Source: Oculina patagonica
Lineage: Eukaryota
NCBI RefSeq assembly: GCF_052425735.1
Contig: NC_135765.1
Location: forward strand, 32,240,001-32,304,000
Reading direction: 5' to 3'
DNA: 64,000 bases
Position numbers and translations under genes: made by a program. A model generated the notes under the pieces. The model saw only the letters and a list, made by a program, of their open reading frames with translations, was not told the origin of the DNA and made no database searches. Positions 61,824 through 64,000 of the stretch are shown piece by piece (the first letter of the stretch is position 1; the number at the start of each line of letters is the position of its first letter).

Positions 61824-63440
61824 ATGGCGGCCCTTCTTAGGTGTGTAAAAACTATGAGCGACATTAACATCGATTTTCTGTGAGTTATTGAGCTAACCCT
61901 TTCTTCAATCACACAGGAACTCTGCTAGGGTTTCATCATTGTTAGCTAAAGGATGTTTTCGACCATCATGTGTGCTGATGCGAAGGTAATTTTGATGTGT
62001 GTGACATTGCACGTCTTCTCTGTGCAAACTGCAGCTTCTCCTTGTTTCTGTCTTTCCAAGGACAATTTTTTTGCAAACTTATTTTTCTTTAACTCTGCAG
62101 TATTCCAATCACTACTACAGCATTGGCTCGTAAGGATGAAGATTTTTGGTCGAAAAATTCTCGTCTTAAAAGACCAATGTCTCCGCATTTAACAATCTAC
62201 AGGTAAGCCACTTTATAAAAGCAACTTGTTATGTAATGTCCATTCAAGAACGGGAAAGGGTTGGAAAAATAAAAGTAAGGGGCTGATTGCATGGCGAATT
62301 TTAGCCTGGGCTGAAATGTCAGCCGGGTGGGGGGGGCCCCAATATTTCTGAAAAATAAAGACTTACAAAGAGAAGAGTCTCTAAAGCTCCCCTCAAGTCA
62401 CAAGTCAGCCCCCCCCCAAATTGGAGAAATGCCCCACAGTCCCTGAAAGAAAAATACCCCCCCTGGAATTAACCCCCATGCCCCTCTGAAAAAAAACATT
62501 TTAAAATGAATTTGTGCAAATTTTCTACACATCAGGCCACTTTCTCTTGTTAAAATGACTGTTGTGTATAGTATTGATCAATCGGAACATATCTGAAAAT
62601 GATATGTACTGGGCTGAAAATTGAATGGGATTACTGTAATGATTCAATTTAGCGCCCTCCTTCAAATAAGCGCCCCCCTTCCGAATAAGCGCCCCCCTTG
62701 GAATATGTTAATTTTGTAAATAAGCACCCCTATTCTAATAAGCGCCCCCATTCTTATAAGTGCCCCTATTCTAATAAGTACCCCTATTGTGGATAACTGG
62801 CCCTACTAAAGTCATTGACGTCAACTAAATAAACTCCTGGCCGTTCACCGTACAGTTCATGTATATATTTACTGCTAAAATGAACACTTATTTTAAAAGT
62901 AACTAAGCTTTTAACAATTTCTAACTGTTACAGTTTCTGTTATTGTTAGATACATTTGGTTGTTTCTCAAAAAATTAAATAAGCGCCCTGTCCCGAATAA
63001 GCGCCCTGTGTCGAATAAGCACCCTCTCTCGAGGTGCCAAAAGTAAATAAGCGCCCCGGGCGCTAAATTGAATCATTACTGTACATGAGGTTTTTCAGCC
63101 CACTTCCCAGGTTCACAAAGATCAAATCCGGCTGAAAAATTTCAGCCATGGCTAAACTTTCTTCAGGTAATCGCAAACATCATTTTAAGAAGATTTGTTC
63201 TGGAACCCAAGCTGAATTCTCAGCCCGGTTAACCAGCTGAAATTACAGCCCAGGCTGAAATTTGGCATGTAATTGGCCCCTAAGAATAGTTTATATTGTG
63301 TTGGGATAGTTATCTATAGCTATATTTGCTTATTGTTACTGTGACGATAAAAAAATAAAAGCAATCTTGTTTTTTCAGACCACAGTTGACTGCCATGCTT
63401 TCCATAACTCATCGTGGAACAGGAGTGGCCATGACAGCAG
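61824..63440 (+). CDS. SDHC: Succinate dehydrogenase cytochrome b560 subunit, first four coding exons (continues beyond the window)
   Basis: Exons 61824-61840 (MAALLR), 61929-61985, 62101-62202 (FWSKNSRLKRPMSPHLTIY) and 63379-63440 (PQLTAMLSITHRGTGVAM). RPxSPHLTIY and SITHRGTG are the SDHC signature motifs. Confidence 0.95.
62279..63280. mobile_element. Harbinger MITE (TAA TSD) with a nested mariner-type MITE (62634-63081, TA TSD) in SDHC intron 3
   Basis: Outer: TAA|GGGGCTGATTGCATG...CATGTAATTGGCCCC|TAA. Inner: TA|CTGTAATGATTCAATTTAGCGCCC...GGGCGCTAAATTGAATCATTACTG|TA. Confidence 0.8.
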
Positions 63441-64000
63441 GTATTTGCAGATTTTTAAAAAATGTGAACAAAAAAAGTAATGGTTCTGGTCAGGGCTCAA
63501 GGGGCAGTTGCATGCTAACCTTACAATAGTTTATTACCGGTATTTTAATTTACAATTTAGTAGGCAGATGACTTGCCTGGGCCCTTGCCCGTCAGGGCAG
63601 TGATGATGAAAAGTTACAAACAAAATTTTACGGCAAAATTTTTCCCTAGAAAAATTCAACGAAAGTAACAAAAGGAATATAAAGATCAGTTTACAATACC
63701 AGCTATTGCGAACTATTCTCAGCCAACGGTTTACGCTTTTTGCTGCCGTCAATCATCTTAACGAACCTCTCTGGAAACAGAAGTTCACTTCATTCGGGTC
63801 AAAAGGTCAAGTCTGTCAGTTGTGATTGATAGATTTAGATCCATTTTGTTTGTTTCTGTTTTTCATGGTTCGTTGGCTATCGCCATAATTATGATTGACG
63901 ACAGGGAAAAACGCAATCGTTGGTTGAATTTTGAATTCCAGAGTTTGCATGTCACTGAAAACTGCAATAATAATATAATACCAGTTTACAATATCAGTTC

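Overview
AT-rich eukaryotic DNA with spliceosomal GT-AG genes. The repeat families resemble those of an anthozoan (stony coral), which is an inference. From left to right: (1) the 5' part of a BEL/Pao LTR retrotransposon next to N-gaps and a GA-rich tract. (2) A ~43 kb tandem array (4.2-47 kb, all minus strand) of four paralogous genes rebuilt exon by exon. Genes B, C and D encode a signal peptide, 1-3 copies of a ~140-160 aa six-cysteine extracellular module that I cannot assign to a named family, one TM helix and a short tail. Gene A has no TM exon in this window. (3) A complete 8-exon SLC22 transporter. (4) SDHD and the 5' part of SDHC head-to-head, with 289 bp between the ATGs, both of which sit in an identical CAAGATGGCGGC context. 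Introns and spacers hold many TEs: a 7 kb decayed Academ transposon with TIRs and TSD, a 5'-truncated LINE with a 19-bp TSD, Penelope fragments including a type I hammerhead ribozyme, tRNA-derived SINEs and many MITEs. Most ORFs in the supplied track are spurious or are single exons.
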